Shown: one piece after another, positions 9,983-20,379 of the stretch
Numbering within the stretch: position 1 is the first letter of the stretch
Layout of the letters: the number at the start of each line of letters is the position of its first letter
NCBI GenBank assembly: GCA_964422195.1
Contig: CAYRAF010000002.1
Span: forward strand, 3,513-63,257
DNA: 59,745 bases
Direction of reading: 5' to 3'
From: an uncultured Muribaculaceae bacterium
GTDB lineage: Bacteria; Bacillota_I; Bacilli_A; RF39; UBA660
Made by a program: the position numbers and the translations under genes
The notes under the pieces: model-generated
Told to the model about the DNA's origin: nothing
What the model saw: the letters and a program-made list of their open reading frames with translations, nothing else
Databases searched by the model: none

Positions 9983-12289
9983 ATGTTAGAAATTAAAAAT
10001 ATAAAGAAAAGTTATAAAACTGGTGATTTTATACAACATGCTTTAAATGGCGTAAGTTTGAAATTTAGAAAGAATGAGTTTGTCGCCATTCTTGGTCCTA
10101 GTGGTTCAGGTAAGACTACTCTATTAAATGTTATAGGTGGACTAGATAGATATGATAGTGGTGATTTAATTATTAATGATCATAGTACTAAAAAATATAA
10201 GAGTGTACAATGGGATTATTATAGGAATAACTGTATAGGTTTTATATTTCAATCTTATAATCTAATTAACCATATTAATATTCTTTCAAATGTCGAAATG
10301 TCTATGACCTTAAGTGGATATAGTAAAAAGAAAAGAAAAAAACTAGCAAAAGAAGCTTTATCTAAAGTTGGTTTATTAGAACATGCTTATAAGAATCCTA
10401 ACCAGTTATCTGGTGGACAAATGCAAAGAGTTGCTATTGCAAGAGCTCTTTCTAATAATCCAAATATAATACTTGCAGATGAACCTACAGGTGCCCTTGA
10501 TTCTAAAACTAGTGAACAGATTATGAAACTTATTAAGAAAATATCAGAAGATAAATTAGTAATCATGGTTACTCATAATAGAAAAATCGCAGAAGAATAT
10601 GCAGATAGAATTATTGAAATACAAGATGGAAAAATAATAAATGATTCTAAACCTTATGAAGAAAAAGAAACAAAAAAAGAAAAATTAAATATCAAAAAAA
10701 CAGCAATGAATTATGTTAGTGCTTTAGGTTTATCATTTCATAATATTAGAACAAAAAAATGGCGCACTTTTATAACTTCATTTGCGGCATCTATTGGAAT
10801 TATTGGAATAGCGCTTATTCTTTCTCTATCAAATGGATTTAAAAATAAAATTGATGAGTTTGAAAAAGATTCATTATCACAAATGCCTATTACTATTACT
10901 GAACAAAGTATGCAATTAGATGAAAAACAATTTACTAATAAAACAGATAGAAACTTAAAAGAATATCCAAACGATAAAAAAGCTTTTACTAAAAAAGATA
11001 GTTTTGAAAATATGGTGCATATCAATAAATTAACAAAAGACTATATAGACTATATTGATAAAATAAATAAAAAATATATAGGAAGTATTACTTATTTAAG
11101 AACTACTGCTATTAATTTAGTAACAAAAGTCGATAACAATAATTATAAATTAATACAAACCACTGAGGATATAAAAAATAATTACTATTATGCCCTATCT
11201 GAACTTCCAGAAATAAATGCTAATAAAAATGATATGATATCAACTAATTTCGATGTAATATATGGCAATATTAATGACAATGAACCAGGATTAGTATTAA
11301 TTCTTGATTCTAAAAATCAAATTAGTGACTCTATTCTTAAAAACCTTGGTTTTGCAAATAAAGATCTTTCATTTGAAGAACTAACAAAGAAAGAATTCAA
11401 ACTAATTCATAATGATGATTACTATAAAAAGAATAATTATATTTATACAATAAATAAAGACTATAAAAAGCTTTACAATACAGAAAAAAGTAAAACAATA
11501 AAAATACAAGCTATTCTTAGAGGAAAAGAAGATAAAAAAGTTTTAACAGAATCCAGTGGAGGAATTTATTATACAAAAGAATTTATGAATTACGTAATAG
11601 ATAGCAATAATAATTCTAAAATTGTAAAAGAACAAAAACAAAAAAATTATAATGTACTTACTACAGAAAAATTCGAAAACAATGATGAAAAAAGCAAAAT
11701 TCTAGGATACCTAGGTGCTGAAGTTGAACCTATAGGTATTTATATCTATCCTAATAGTTTTGAATCTAAAGAAAAAATAGTTGAATATTTAGATAAATAT
11801 AATAAAAATAAAGATAACAAAGATAAAATAATATATACTGATATGGCTAATTTAATGAGTAGCTTAACTAGTAATATAATGGATGCAATTACAATCGTTT
11901 TAATTGCTTTCTCATCAGTTTCATTAATAGTATCTAGTATAATGATAGGAATTATTACTTATACATCAGTATTAGAAAGAACAAAAGAAATTGGTATATT
12001 AAGAGCTCTTGGAGCAAGAAAAAAAGACATATCTAGAGTATTTAATGCTGAAGTTTTAATTATTGGTCTATTTAGCGGTATCTTAGGTATCGTTGTTGCC
12101 ATACTATTTACAATACCTATAAATCATATATTATTTAGTTTGACCGGATTAAAAGGTATTGCTAAATTAAAATTATCACATGCTATTACTCTTATAGTCA
12201 TTAGTTCTATTACTACTTTAATTGGAGGATTTATTCCTGCTAAAATAGCTAGTAAAAAAGATCCAGTAATTGCACTTAGAAGTATGTAA
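9983..12289 (+). CDS. fused ABC ATPase / FtsX-type permease (MacB-like)
   Basis: Walker [10 protein letters not shown], signature LSGGQMQR and Walker B ILADEPT. These are followed by a large extracytoplasmic region and a C-terminal FtsX 3-TM block. Confidence 0.85.
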   Translation: MLEIKNIKKSYKTGDFIQHALNGVSLKFRKNEFVAILGPSGSGKTTLLNVIGGLDRYDSGDLIINDHSTKKYKSVQWDYYRNNCIGFIFQSYNLINHINILSNVEMSMTLSGYSKKKRKKLAKEALSKVGLLEHAYKNPNQLSGGQMQRVAIARALSNNPNIILADEPTGALDSKTSEQIMKLIKKISEDKLVIMVTHNRKIAEEYADRIIEIQDGKIINDSKPYEEKETKKEKLNIKKTAMNYVSALGLSFHNIRTKKWRTFITSFAASIGIIGIALILSLSNGFKNKIDEFEKDSLSQMPITITEQSMQLDEKQFTNKTDRNLKEYPNDKKAFTKKDSFENMVHINKLTKDYIDYIDKINKKYIGSITYLRTTAINLVTKVDNNNYKLIQTTEDIKNNYYYALSELPEINANKNDMISTNFDVIYGNINDNEPGLVLILDSKNQISDSILKNLGFANKDLSFEELTKKEFKLIHNDDYYKKNNYIYTINKDYKKLYNTEKSKTIKIQAILRGKEDKKVLTESSGGIYYTKEFMNYVIDSNNNSKIVKEQKQKNYNVLTTEKFENNDEKSKILGYLGAEVEPIGIYIYPNSFESKEKIVEYLDKYNKNKDNKDKIIYTDMANLMSSLTSNIMDAITIVLIAFSSVSLIVSSIMIGIITYTSVLERTKEIGILRALGARKKDISRVFNAEVLIIGLFSGILGIVVAILFTIPINHILFSLTGLKGIAKLKLSHAITLIVISSITTLIGGFIPAKIASKKDPVIALRSM

Positions 12290-12343
12290 AAAAATTTGAA
12301 CTTATAAAATTTTTATGATAGAATAATTTTATAAGTTTTTCAT

Positions 12344-12420
12344 GGCCCGTTGGTGAAGTGGCTTAACACATTGCCCTCTCAAGGCAACATTCACGGATTC
12401 GAATTCCGTACGGGCTACCA
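12344..12420 (+). tRNA. tRNA-Glu (anticodon CUC)
   Basis: Hand-folded cloverleaf. The acceptor GGCCCGU pairs with ACGGGCU (G1-U72). The anticodon stem is TTGCC/GGCAA with loop C-T-CTC-A-A. The T arm is ACGGA-TTCGAAT-TCCGT, and the 3' CCA is encoded. A TTGAAC-17-TAGAAT promoter lies just upstream. Confidence 0.85.
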
Positions 12421-12453
12421 AATAAAAATAACTAGGAATGAGTTTCCTAGTTT

Positions 12454-13218
12454 TTATTTTACTGGATTATATCCATAAAGATAAAACTTATCATCTTTAT
12501 CTTTTTTTAATATATATTTATATACCTGTAATTTATGTATTTCTTTATCAGTAATATTTTCAAATAAATCACTACTACTATTTATATCTTCTTCATACAC
12601 TTTATCATCAGATAAAAAATCATGCAATTCATATTTACCATCTTTATTCAAATAATAATATCCTTGATATACATAAAAATTATATTCATCTTTAGTTTTT
12701 TTAAAGTAATTAAATGCAGTATATGTTTGATATTTATTATTTTCCTTTAAAACTCCCCTATAAACATCTTTATCTTTATATAAAACATTAGATCCATAAT
12801 CATCTATGTATACATTTATTTTATCCGATTTAAAATTAGTTTTTGAAGCAAATCTAGTTAATACTTGGGCATCTTTTAATTCAGATGTTTTTATACATAC
12901 TTCATCCTCATTATCTTCACAACTATCTACTAAATTATTCTTTAAATGATAACTTAATAATATAGATTCTTTATATTCTTGTTTTAGTGAATCAAAACTT
13001 CTAAAAGCTTGATTAGAAATATTAAAATATATAGGTAACTTTCTAATAAATTTTAAACCATCATCAACATTACTATATTCATAGTTATCCGTATATTTGT
13101 AGTTTTTTATATTACTATTTATACTATAATAAACTAAAAATGTTAAAGCAAAAACTACAGTTAATGATATAAATATTATCATTAATTTTTCATCCTTTTT
13201 ACTCTTCACTAATTTCAC
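12454..13218 (-). CDS. hypothetical membrane-anchored extracytoplasmic protein
   Basis: Single N-terminal TM helix followed by a Tyr/Asp/Lys-rich domain. Located directly downstream of the LtaS-like gene. Confidence 0.55.
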   Translation of the reverse strand: MKLVKSKKDEKLMIIFISLTVVFALTFLVYYSINSNIKNYKYTDNYEYSNVDDGLKFIRKLPIYFNISNQAFRSFDSLKQEYKESILLSYHLKNNLVDSCEDNEDEVCIKTSELKDAQVLTRFASKTNFKSDKINVYIDDYGSNVLYKDKDVYRGVLKENNKYQTYTAFNYFKKTKDEYNFYVYQGYYYLNKDGKYELHDFLSDDKVYEEDINSSSDLFENITDKEIHKLQVYKYILKKDKDDKFYLYGYNPVK

Positions 13219-13222
13219 ATCC

Positions 13223-15148
13223 TTACTTTAAATGCTTGTAATAATTATTATATTGAATAGACTTAGAGTACTTAAATCTATCCGCTATATCATTATTAAT
13301 AATATCCACATAGTTATCTGAAATGTTTTCCTTAGTAGTTTTTATAAATTTATTATTTGAAGAATTATACTTCCCCTTACTCGTTATAAAACTTCTATCA
13401 GATAATATTACTAAGCCTTCACTATCACTCATTAAATCTTGACCTGTTAATAATCTAGAATCATAATCAAACCCCATCAAATTATAAACAGTAGCAGGAA
13501 CATCCATATTCATGCCATATTTATCAATAGCTCCTTTTTTGTCTTTATCTGTTGAATACACAAAGAAAATTCCTTTATTTTTAGAAAACTTATTAATTGA
13601 AGTATTGTAACCAACTTTTAAATCATTATCAGATAAAAAGTATGGTGAATGATCAGATGATATAACTATAATCGTATCATCTAATTTTTGGGCCTCTTCT
13701 AATTTTTGCAATAACACTTGCATAGCTCTATCAAATTCTATGTTAGAAGCAATATACCCTTTTAACTTATCTGAATATTTTAAGTTTTTAACTAAACTCC
13801 AATTCTTTTTAGCCATAGTATTATTAGATGGTTCGTAATCACCATGCCCACTTAAAGAAATATAGTATGTAAAGAATTTATCATCATTTATAAAATCATC
13901 AACAGACTTATTTATTAAATCAACATCACTAGCATGATAGTTTTTAGTACAACTAATATTCATATCTGTTGAAAACTTATAACTATCAAAATCTAAAGTT
14001 TTGAAATACTTATTCCTATAATTATAATAACCATAGTAATTATGATAAGCATGTGTTTTATAACCATTATTTTTAAACATAGTAGCTATATTCAAAGGAT
14101 GATCGATATATACTAAGTCTATTAAACTATAATCATTTCCAATAACAGGAATTAATCCCCATTCTAGCATATATTCTCCATCCGCAGTACCTGCAGGATA
14201 CTTAGGAGAATAATAATTAGGAAAGTTATATCCATCATTATACATTTTATATAAAGTTGGAGTTAATTCTTTATCAATAGCCATTGTACTTAATGACTCT
14301 GCTAGAATATATATAACGTTTTTTCCTTTAAATATACCCGTATATTCATTTTGTTTAGTAGGTGTTTTAGAAGAAATGTATTCATGAATCTCTCTTATTT
14401 TTTTATTATTTTCAGTTTTAATCAACTTATCAAAATCTATATTTGAGGTATTATACTTAATATTAACTTTTTTTAGTAAAGAAGTTACTTCATTAGTATA
14501 TATATCCTCACTAGAAGTCTCCTTTTCTTCAAAATTTAACATACCCCTTTGAAAGCTTAATCTTAAATAAGTAAGTAATCCAAAATCTTTTGTGCTATAT
14601 ACAGGAATATCTAATCTATAGTATAGATTATATAAACTATATCGATTATCTTTATCTAATGTATTTATAGAAAATACCCCATATATATAAAACAACATAG
14701 CAAAAATTAAAAAAACTGATGAATCTCTTAAATTAATTCTTTCTATATCTTTTCCATACTTAAACATTATAAATACAGAAGGAATTAAAATAATTATAAT
14801 ACCAACTATATTTTCTAAAATAGTTTGTAATACTTTTAATATTCCTCCTTTAACAGCCATTAAATAAACAAAACTATTATAAGTAAAGAATGAATCATAT
14901 AATTTAAAATAAATAATTTGAGATATATAAATAATAACAATAACTAAGCATAATATTTTTAAGATAATGCTATTAATCTTTTTATTTTTAAATAAGCTGC
15001 ATAAAAAAGTAAAGATTATAGATATTGGAACAACAAATAATACTGTCATAATAATATTTTCTATACTGATACTATTAAAACATAATATATGAAATACTAT
15101 TTCTATATAAAATAAAAATAATGAAAGTATAGTAAAAGTCTTCTTCAT
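13223..15148 (-). CDS. LtaS-family sulfatase-domain protein (lipoteichoic acid synthase-like)
   Basis: Five N-terminal TM helices plus an extracellular sulfatase/alkaline-phosphatase-fold domain (ESLS...TADGE...SSDHSP). Confidence 0.75.
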   Translation of the reverse strand: MKKTFTILSLFLFYIEIVFHILCFNSISIENIIMTVLFVVPISIIFTFLCSLFKNKKINSIILKILCLVIVIIYISQIIYFKLYDSFFTYNSFVYLMAVKGGILKVLQTILENIVGIIIILIPSVFIMFKYGKDIERINLRDSSVFLIFAMLFYIYGVFSINTLDKDNRYSLYNLYYRLDIPVYSTKDFGLLTYLRLSFQRGMLNFEEKETSSEDIYTNEVTSLLKKVNIKYNTSNIDFDKLIKTENNKKIREIHEYISSKTPTKQNEYTGIFKGKNVIYILAESLSTMAIDKELTPTLYKMYNDGYNFPNYYSPKYPAGTADGEYMLEWGLIPVIGNDYSLIDLVYIDHPLNIATMFKNNGYKTHAYHNYYGYYNYRNKYFKTLDFDSYKFSTDMNISCTKNYHASDVDLINKSVDDFINDDKFFTYYISLSGHGDYEPSNNTMAKKNWSLVKNLKYSDKLKGYIASNIEFDRAMQVLLQKLEEAQKLDDTIIVISSDHSPYFLSDNDLKVGYNTSINKFSKNKGIFFVYSTDKDKKGAIDKYGMNMDVPATVYNLMGFDYDSRLLTGQDLMSDSEGLVILSDRSFITSKGKYNSSNNKFIKTTKENISDNYVDIINNDIADRFKYSKSIQYNNYYKHLK

Positions 15149-15201
15149 ATCTATTCTCCAATCATAAAAATTATATCATGAAAAAAAGACTATTACTAGT
15201 C

Positions 15202-15810
15202 TTAATCTACAACTTTTATTGAATTTATGACAGGTTGTTTTTCATATTCAATTGTTCCATTCTGATCAATTGGAGTAGCATTTTCTACTATTTTATCTAC
15301 AACTTCCATACCTTCAGTAACATGACCAAATGCAGCATAATCACCATCTAAGTGTAAACTATCTTCATGAACAATAAAGAATTGTGAGCTAGCTGTATCA
15401 TAGCCTTGTGCTCTAGCCATAGATATTACTCCCCTTTTGTGAGAAATTTTATTCTTTACTCCATTATTCTCAAATTCACCTTTTATAGTTACTTTGCTAC
15501 CTCCAGTACCATTATGATTAGGATCTCCTCCTTGAATCATAAAATCTTTTATAATTCTATGAAAAGTAAGTCCATCGTAAAACTTATCATTTACTAAATT
15601 AATAAAATTAGTAACTGTTATAGGGGCAGTATCAGCATCTAATTCTAATGATATAGTACCATAATCTTTAACATCTATAACAACATAATGCTTACCCGAT
15701 AAATATTGATCATTTTTTATTTTTTCTGATTCCTTTTCTATATTTTCGCATCCACATATGATAAATATAGAAGTTAATAAAATTAAAAATAGTTTAAAAT
15801 ATCTTTTCAT
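15202..15810 (-). CDS. ppiB: cyclophilin-type peptidyl-prolyl isomerase, lipoprotein
   Basis: Motifs FHRIIKDFMIQGGDP and SMAR...SQFFIV. I chose the start at MKRYFKLF, which is preceded by AGAGGTG. A signal peptide with Cys (IICGC) is present. Confidence 0.85.
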   Translation of the reverse strand: MKRYFKLFLILLTSIFIICGCENIEKESEKIKNDQYLSGKHYVVIDVKDYGTISLELDADTAPITVTNFINLVNDKFYDGLTFHRIIKDFMIQGGDPNHNGTGGSKVTIKGEFENNGVKNKISHKRGVISMARAQGYDTASSQFFIVHEDSLHLDGDYAAFGHVTEGMEVVDKIVENATPIDQNGTIEYEKQPVINSIKVVD

Positions 15811-15865
15811 ATTACACCTCTTATTAATAATACCATAAAAAAACATAATATGTAATATTTTTAAA

Positions 15866-16429
15866 CTATTTTGTACTTAATGTTTTTATTTTATTATTTA
15901 TTTGCTCTATAGTTATAGGCTCTAACGTAAAAGTATCATATCTAGGAATCATACTATAATTGTTTTCTAAAAATTCTATACACTCCCTATATATACATAA
16001 ATTACTAATTTCATCATTTATATTGACACTACTAAAGTCTTTCCTTTCTATTGGAAAGATTATACCTTTAAAGTTAGACATAAATATATCACTTTTACAT
16101 CTTACCTCATCTAACATATCACTAACAGAATTATCATTAGTTTCTTCTTCAGTAAAGTATGGAGTATATACCTCTATATCTCTAGATACTAATATAGATG
16201 GAGAATATAATACAAAATGTTCAAATGAAGATAAATATGATGGAATTGATTTTATTCTAGGATCACATAGACATATTTCATTTACAGGAGATCTATCATA
16301 ATTATAATTATAGGTATTATCTTTTGATATCTTACCTAATTTAAATATATCTATAAGTGCATGAGCATTGTTTTTATTACCATGATAACCACCAGTCGCA
16401 TGTAAATAATAATTATCTAAATTCATCAT
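15866..16429 (-). CDS. hypothetical protein, paralog A of a tandem pair (possible H-Y-E ADP-ribosyltransferase-like fold)
   Basis: Shares NLDNYY[LI]HATGG, F.[HF]FVLYSP..L.SRD.E and [DA]EVR.K.D blocks with the upstream paralog. No family was recognised with certainty. Confidence 0.55.
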   Translation of the reverse strand: MMNLDNYYLHATGGYHGNKNNAHALIDIFKLGKISKDNTYNYNYDRSPVNEICLCDPRIKSIPSYLSSFEHFVLYSPSILVSRDIEVYTPYFTEEETNDNSVSDMLDEVRCKSDIFMSNFKGIIFPIERKDFSSVNINDEISNLCIYRECIEFLENNYSMIPRYDTFTLEPITIEQINNKIKTLSTK

Positions 16430-16433
16430 TTTA

Positions 16434-17087
16434 CTACATTCCCTTTAAATATATGATATGTCCATTCACTTCTCCTGAGGTAATTGTTCTTCCAGAATAT
16501 AAATCTAATACTGGAATATTAGAAAAATTATTTTCAATAAACTCAATATTATTTTTAAATATTTCTAAATGCCTTATTTTTCTATCTTGTGATGTATTTG
16601 TTCTTCCACCAATTCTTAAATCTTCATAAGCTGAATGAATGGGAAAAGTAATGGCTTGCAGTTTATCCAAAGATAAATCTCCTTTATATCTTACTTCTGC
16701 CTCCATATCCGCTACCATATCACCTTTTCCTTTGTCATGAGAAAGTCTTGGGATATGTATCTCTAAATCTCTACTAAATAATAAACATGGGGAATATAGA
16801 ACAAAAAAATCAAAAGCTGATAAGAATCTACTTTTAGAATATGGATTATGTCTTCTTGTATCTACTAAACAAACATATTCAGCTGGACTGTTAATATAGT
16901 TTCTGTTTTTACCTTTATTCTTATTTACTAAAATTTTTCCATCTTCCAATATTTTTATAATTCTATTCTCATCATTTGTTTGACCTAGTATTCCACCAGT
17001 TGCATGTATATAATAATTATCCAAATTCATAAGAGAATGTTTTGCGTGATTGCCACTTGATTCTATATATGTTTTTCTATCAACCAT
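16434..17087 (-). CDS. hypothetical protein, paralog B of the tandem pair
   Basis: Contains the same conserved blocks as 15866..16429. A good RBS (AAGGGG) precedes the ATG at 17087. Confidence 0.55.
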   Translation of the reverse strand: MVDRKTYIESSGNHAKHSLMNLDNYYIHATGGILGQTNDENRIIKILEDGKILVNKNKGKNRNYINSPAEYVCLVDTRRHNPYSKSRFLSAFDFFVLYSPCLLFSRDLEIHIPRLSHDKGKGDMVADMEAEVRYKGDLSLDKLQAITFPIHSAYEDLRIGGRTNTSQDRKIRHLEIFKNNIEFIENNFSNIPVLDLYSGRTITSGEVNGHIIYLKGM

Positions 17088-17187
17088 ATAATCCCCTTCT
17101 TTTTAAAAACTTGCTATATTATACCATAAAATACTTAAAAAGTAAAGTTTAACAAAAGAAAAGAGCACTTTTATAAGTGCCTCATGT

Positions 17188-18066
17188 TTAGTGTATTCTT
17201 CTAAAAAATGATAATACTTTTTGTTTTTTCATCTCTTTTCTTCTTGCTTTTTTCTCTTCATCTGTATTACTATAGTATTCCCTAGGCTTTTCCTTATATT
17301 GAAACTTAAACTCTTCTGGAATAACTCTATTAAGTTCATCTTCCAATTTTTTACTTTTTCTAAAGTAGTAACAGTTTCCATGTTTTGATAATATAGATGA
17401 GTGTTGTGGACAAAAATAACGATCAAAAGTCTTTCCGGCACTCCATTCTCCTGTTGGAAAATATCCTATTTTCTCTAAAGAAAGTCTAGCAAAAGTTGCA
17501 ATTTTATCTAATTCATTGAAACTAACTACTTCATTTTTTAAATTATATAAAACAATAGCTTTACACATTTCATCACTTACATATTTACGCTTGCTATCAA
17601 TAGATTTTTCTACTTTTTTGGTGAAATCAGCAATTTCTTCCTCCATTATAGAAGAAGATATTACTTTTGATTTTTCTTTTGGAATTCCAGTTAATGCTTT
17701 CTTTGTTCTTATATCACTATCTTCGCTAGTAAAATAAAGTTTCTTATATTCGTCCCCAAAATTATTTGGATTATAAAATTTATTAAAATATAAAGCTACC
17801 GCTTCATCCTGATAAATTAAATATGGTAATAATTTAAAGGGATTTATTTTTCTTCTTAAAACTTCATTGGAAATATAAAAAACCATTGCTTCATCACGAT
17901 ATTCTTTATTATGCACTGTCATATCATAAATACAATCTTCTCCACCAATAATATTTTCATAGAAAGTCGAAGAGACATATTGATTATTGTCTAATAATCT
18001 TGCTAATGTATCTACATCATTGTTATTTAAATACTCATCAATTACTTCTTTTTTTGCGATATTCAT
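17188..18066 (-). CDS. hypothetical protein
   Basis: Long ORF with a Lys-rich C-terminus. I moved the start to the second ATG (MNIAKKE) because the GAGGTGG RBS abuts the first ATG. Confidence 0.55.
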   Translation of the reverse strand: MNIAKKEVIDEYLNNNDVDTLARLLDNNQYVSSTFYENIIGGEDCIYDMTVHNKEYRDEAMVFYISNEVLRRKINPFKLLPYLIYQDEAVALYFNKFYNPNNFGDEYKKLYFTSEDSDIRTKKALTGIPKEKSKVISSSIMEEEIADFTKKVEKSIDSKRKYVSDEMCKAIVLYNLKNEVVSFNELDKIATFARLSLEKIGYFPTGEWSAGKTFDRYFCPQHSSILSKHGNCYYFRKSKKLEDELNRVIPEEFKFQYKEKPREYYSNTDEEKKARRKEMKKQKVLSFFRRIH

Positions 18067-18118
18067 ACCATCCACCTCGGTTAGTTATTATAATATAAAA
18101 CCCCAAAAAAGTAAAGGA

Positions 18119-19771
18119 TTAGTCTATTAAACTAATCCTTCTGATTACTTCTTCTTTTCCAAGTAATTTCATTATTTCATATAAATCTGGTGTCATTGAT
18201 CTTGTTGTAATTGCTACTCTAATAACTGTAGATACATCTGCGACATTGCCTTTAAAATTGTTTGGATTTTCTTTGTATTCTTTCATATTTGATGCATATC
18301 CAAGCTCATCACATAATTCTTTTACCTTATTAAACCATGTATCCTTATCATCAGATTCATCATAATACTTATCTAAGTATGTATGACAAATTGTCTTTAT
18401 TTCTTCTTTATCAGTTATATTACCAAAGTCATAAGTTTTATCTTCTTTATCAAATAGTTCTTTATACATATACCATACTTGGTTTTTAACATCAGAATAA
18501 TTAACGAAGTCTTTTCTTGGTTTCTTTTGTTCTCTTTCGATATTAAATAAACTTATAGAGAAATCTTTATACTTTTCTAATAATTCTTTAAACTCAGAGT
18601 CATATTCTTTTGTCCAATTATATACTTCATTATATACCTCTTCTGCTTTCATACGACTTATGATGTTTCTAGATATATTATCTAGTTTTTCTAAGTCAAA
18701 GAATGCCCCAGATGATGACATTTTCTTAGGTGAATACTGAAAATCAGTAAATTCCAAATCAGGATGAGCAGTATGCCACTCTTCATAGTTAGAGTTAATA
18801 ATAGTCATTAATGCTTCAATTACAGCTTTTGTTGGATATCCTTTTTCTTTGTAATAAGTCATAGTTGCTTCTGGATCTTTTCTTTTGCTTATTTTACGTA
18901 CACTTTCTCCTTCTTTTTTTATGATTAAAGGAGTATGAACATATTTAGGAGCTTTATATCCAAAAGCTCTAAATAATTCAATATGCTTAGGTACAGATGA
19001 TAACCATTCTTCTCCTCTCACTACATGAGTTGTTTTCATTAAATAATCATCTACTAAGTGAGCAAAATGATATGTTGGAAGTTTATTACCAGCTTTCATT
19101 ATAACGAAATCTTCATCATTTTCTGGAAGCTCTAATTTACCTTTAACTAAATCTTCATATTTAAACTTTCTATCAAAATTACCTTCTGATTTAAAACGAA
19201 TAACAAAACTTTCACCATTCTTTATTTTTTCTGCTTGTTCATCAAGTGTTAGTTTTCTACAGTGTGCCCATTGTCCATAGTATCCTGTTCTAAACTTTCT
19301 TGCCTCTTGTTTACTTCTCATTTCATCTAAATCTTCTTTAGAACAAAAACATGGATAAGCTCTACCTATCTCTATTAAGTATTTAATAAAAGTATGATAT
19401 ATTTCTTTTCTTTCACTTTGTACATATGGCCCATAATTTCCTATGATTTCTCCATCATTTTCATATTCATCAGGCATAATATTGTAATGTTTTAGTGTAT
19501 CAAAAATAAGTTGTTTAGCTTCCTTCACTTCCCTTTCTTGATCTGTATCTTCAATTCTTAAGAAAAATATTCCATCTGAGTTTTTTGCCATCATATAATC
19601 AATTAAAGATTGAAAGAAACCTCCTAGATGAAAGAATCCTGTTGGAGAAGGTGCAACTCTTGTTACCTTTGCTCCTTCCTTTATATTTCTTGGCTTATAC
19701 ATTTCATCATAATACGCAATATCATGTTTAACCTCTGGAAAGATTAAATCTGCTAAATCTTTATTTGTCAT
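18119..19771 (-). CDS. gltX: glutamate--tRNA ligase (long form)
   Basis: Class I synthetase motifs APSPTGFFHLGG (HIGH) and KISKRK (KMSKS). Preceded by a T-box leader. Confidence 0.85.
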   Translation of the reverse strand: MTNKDLADLIFPEVKHDIAYYDEMYKPRNIKEGAKVTRVAPSPTGFFHLGGFFQSLIDYMMAKNSDGIFFLRIEDTDQEREVKEAKQLIFDTLKHYNIMPDEYENDGEIIGNYGPYVQSERKEIYHTFIKYLIEIGRAYPCFCSKEDLDEMRSKQEARKFRTGYYGQWAHCRKLTLDEQAEKIKNGESFVIRFKSEGNFDRKFKYEDLVKGKLELPENDEDFVIMKAGNKLPTYHFAHLVDDYLMKTTHVVRGEEWLSSVPKHIELFRAFGYKAPKYVHTPLIIKKEGESVRKISKRKDPEATMTYYKEKGYPTKAVIEALMTIINSNYEEWHTAHPDLEFTDFQYSPKKMSSSGAFFDLEKLDNISRNIISRMKAEEVYNEVYNWTKEYDSEFKELLEKYKDFSISLFNIEREQKKPRKDFVNYSDVKNQVWYMYKELFDKEDKTYDFGNITDKEEIKTICHTYLDKYYDESDDKDTWFNKVKELCDELGYASNMKEYKENPNNFKGNVADVSTVIRVAITTRSMTPDLYEIMKLLGKEEVIRRISLID

Positions 19772-19788
19772 TTTTATTCCTCCTTTTC

Positions 19789-20005
19789 AAATAAAAAATC
19801 CCCTATCCATAAGGACGAGGATTCGTGGTACCACCTTAATTTATTACTTTTAGTAACCTTAATGCCTTAACGCGGGCAAACGAGATAATCTTTTATCAGA
19901 TATCTTGCTCCAAAGTTTCTTCAAATAGTATACTTATCTATTTACACCTACCATAGACTCTCTATAAAAGTAATCCTATTTTACTCCTCTTCTTCGTTGC
20001 TTTCG
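19789..20005 (-). promoter_or_regulatory. T-box riboswitch leader of gltX, with its own promoter just upstream
   Basis: The reverse strand reads ...AGAGAGUC...UAUUUGAAGAAAC...AAUUAAGGUGGUACCACGAAUCCUCGUCC UUAU GGAUAGGGGAUUUUUU. The T-box core GGUGGUACCACG lies at 19824..19835. A terminator hairpin plus U-run lies at 19792..19820. A TTGCGA-17-TATAAT promoter lies at 20040..20012. Confidence 0.8.
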
Positions 20006-20260
20006 CTTATGATTATATCACTATATCAATCATTTCGCAATTATTTTTACAATTTTTATTAAAAGTATGAATTTTACACATCAATAATTAATAAAACATT
20101 AATTGTTTAATTTTTATATATACAAATATATAAATTTTAGTTATACAACTATTAAATTTTTTAAATTGCTCGTTTGCATACCATTTCTATCTATGATAAT
20201 TTACTTATTGAGCATTCATTTAGGGTGTCTACCAAATCCTTATATGGAGGAGGTGTAATT

Positions 20261-20326
20261 ATGCTTAAGAAAGATTTATTAATCTTATTATTATTCATAA
20301 TTATTTTTATTCTAATCTTAAGATAG
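20261..20326 (+). CDS. 21-codon hydrophobic small ORF MLKKDLLILLLFIIIFILILR (candidate type I toxin-like peptide)
   Basis: GGAGGAGGTG lies 5 nt upstream of the ATG. The peptide has a charged N-terminus followed by one uninterrupted hydrophobic helix. It is embedded in a unit closed by long inverted repeats. Not in the ORF track because it is too short. Confidence 0.35.
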   Translation: MLKKDLLILLLFIIIFILILR

Positions 20327-20348
20327 GTTCCTATCAGGGGGTTAATTT

Positions 20349-20379
20349 AAAAAGACACCAGTTCTTATGAACTAGTGTC
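20349..20379 (-). terminator. rho-independent terminator (minus strand) downstream of murD
   Basis: The minus-strand RNA is GACACUAGUUC AUAA GAACUGGUGUC followed by UUUUU. On the minus strand the stem has a G-U wobble. On the plus strand the same position is a C-A mismatch, so the hairpin is oriented for minus-strand use. Confidence 0.65.

Noticed and set aside
12300-12343. An inverted repeat CTTATAAAATT...AATTTTATAAG lies between the ABC transporter gene and tRNA-Glu.
   Set aside because: It is adequately explained as the terminator of the ABC gene overlapping the tRNA promoter (TTGAAC-17-TAGAAT). It is not a separate element.
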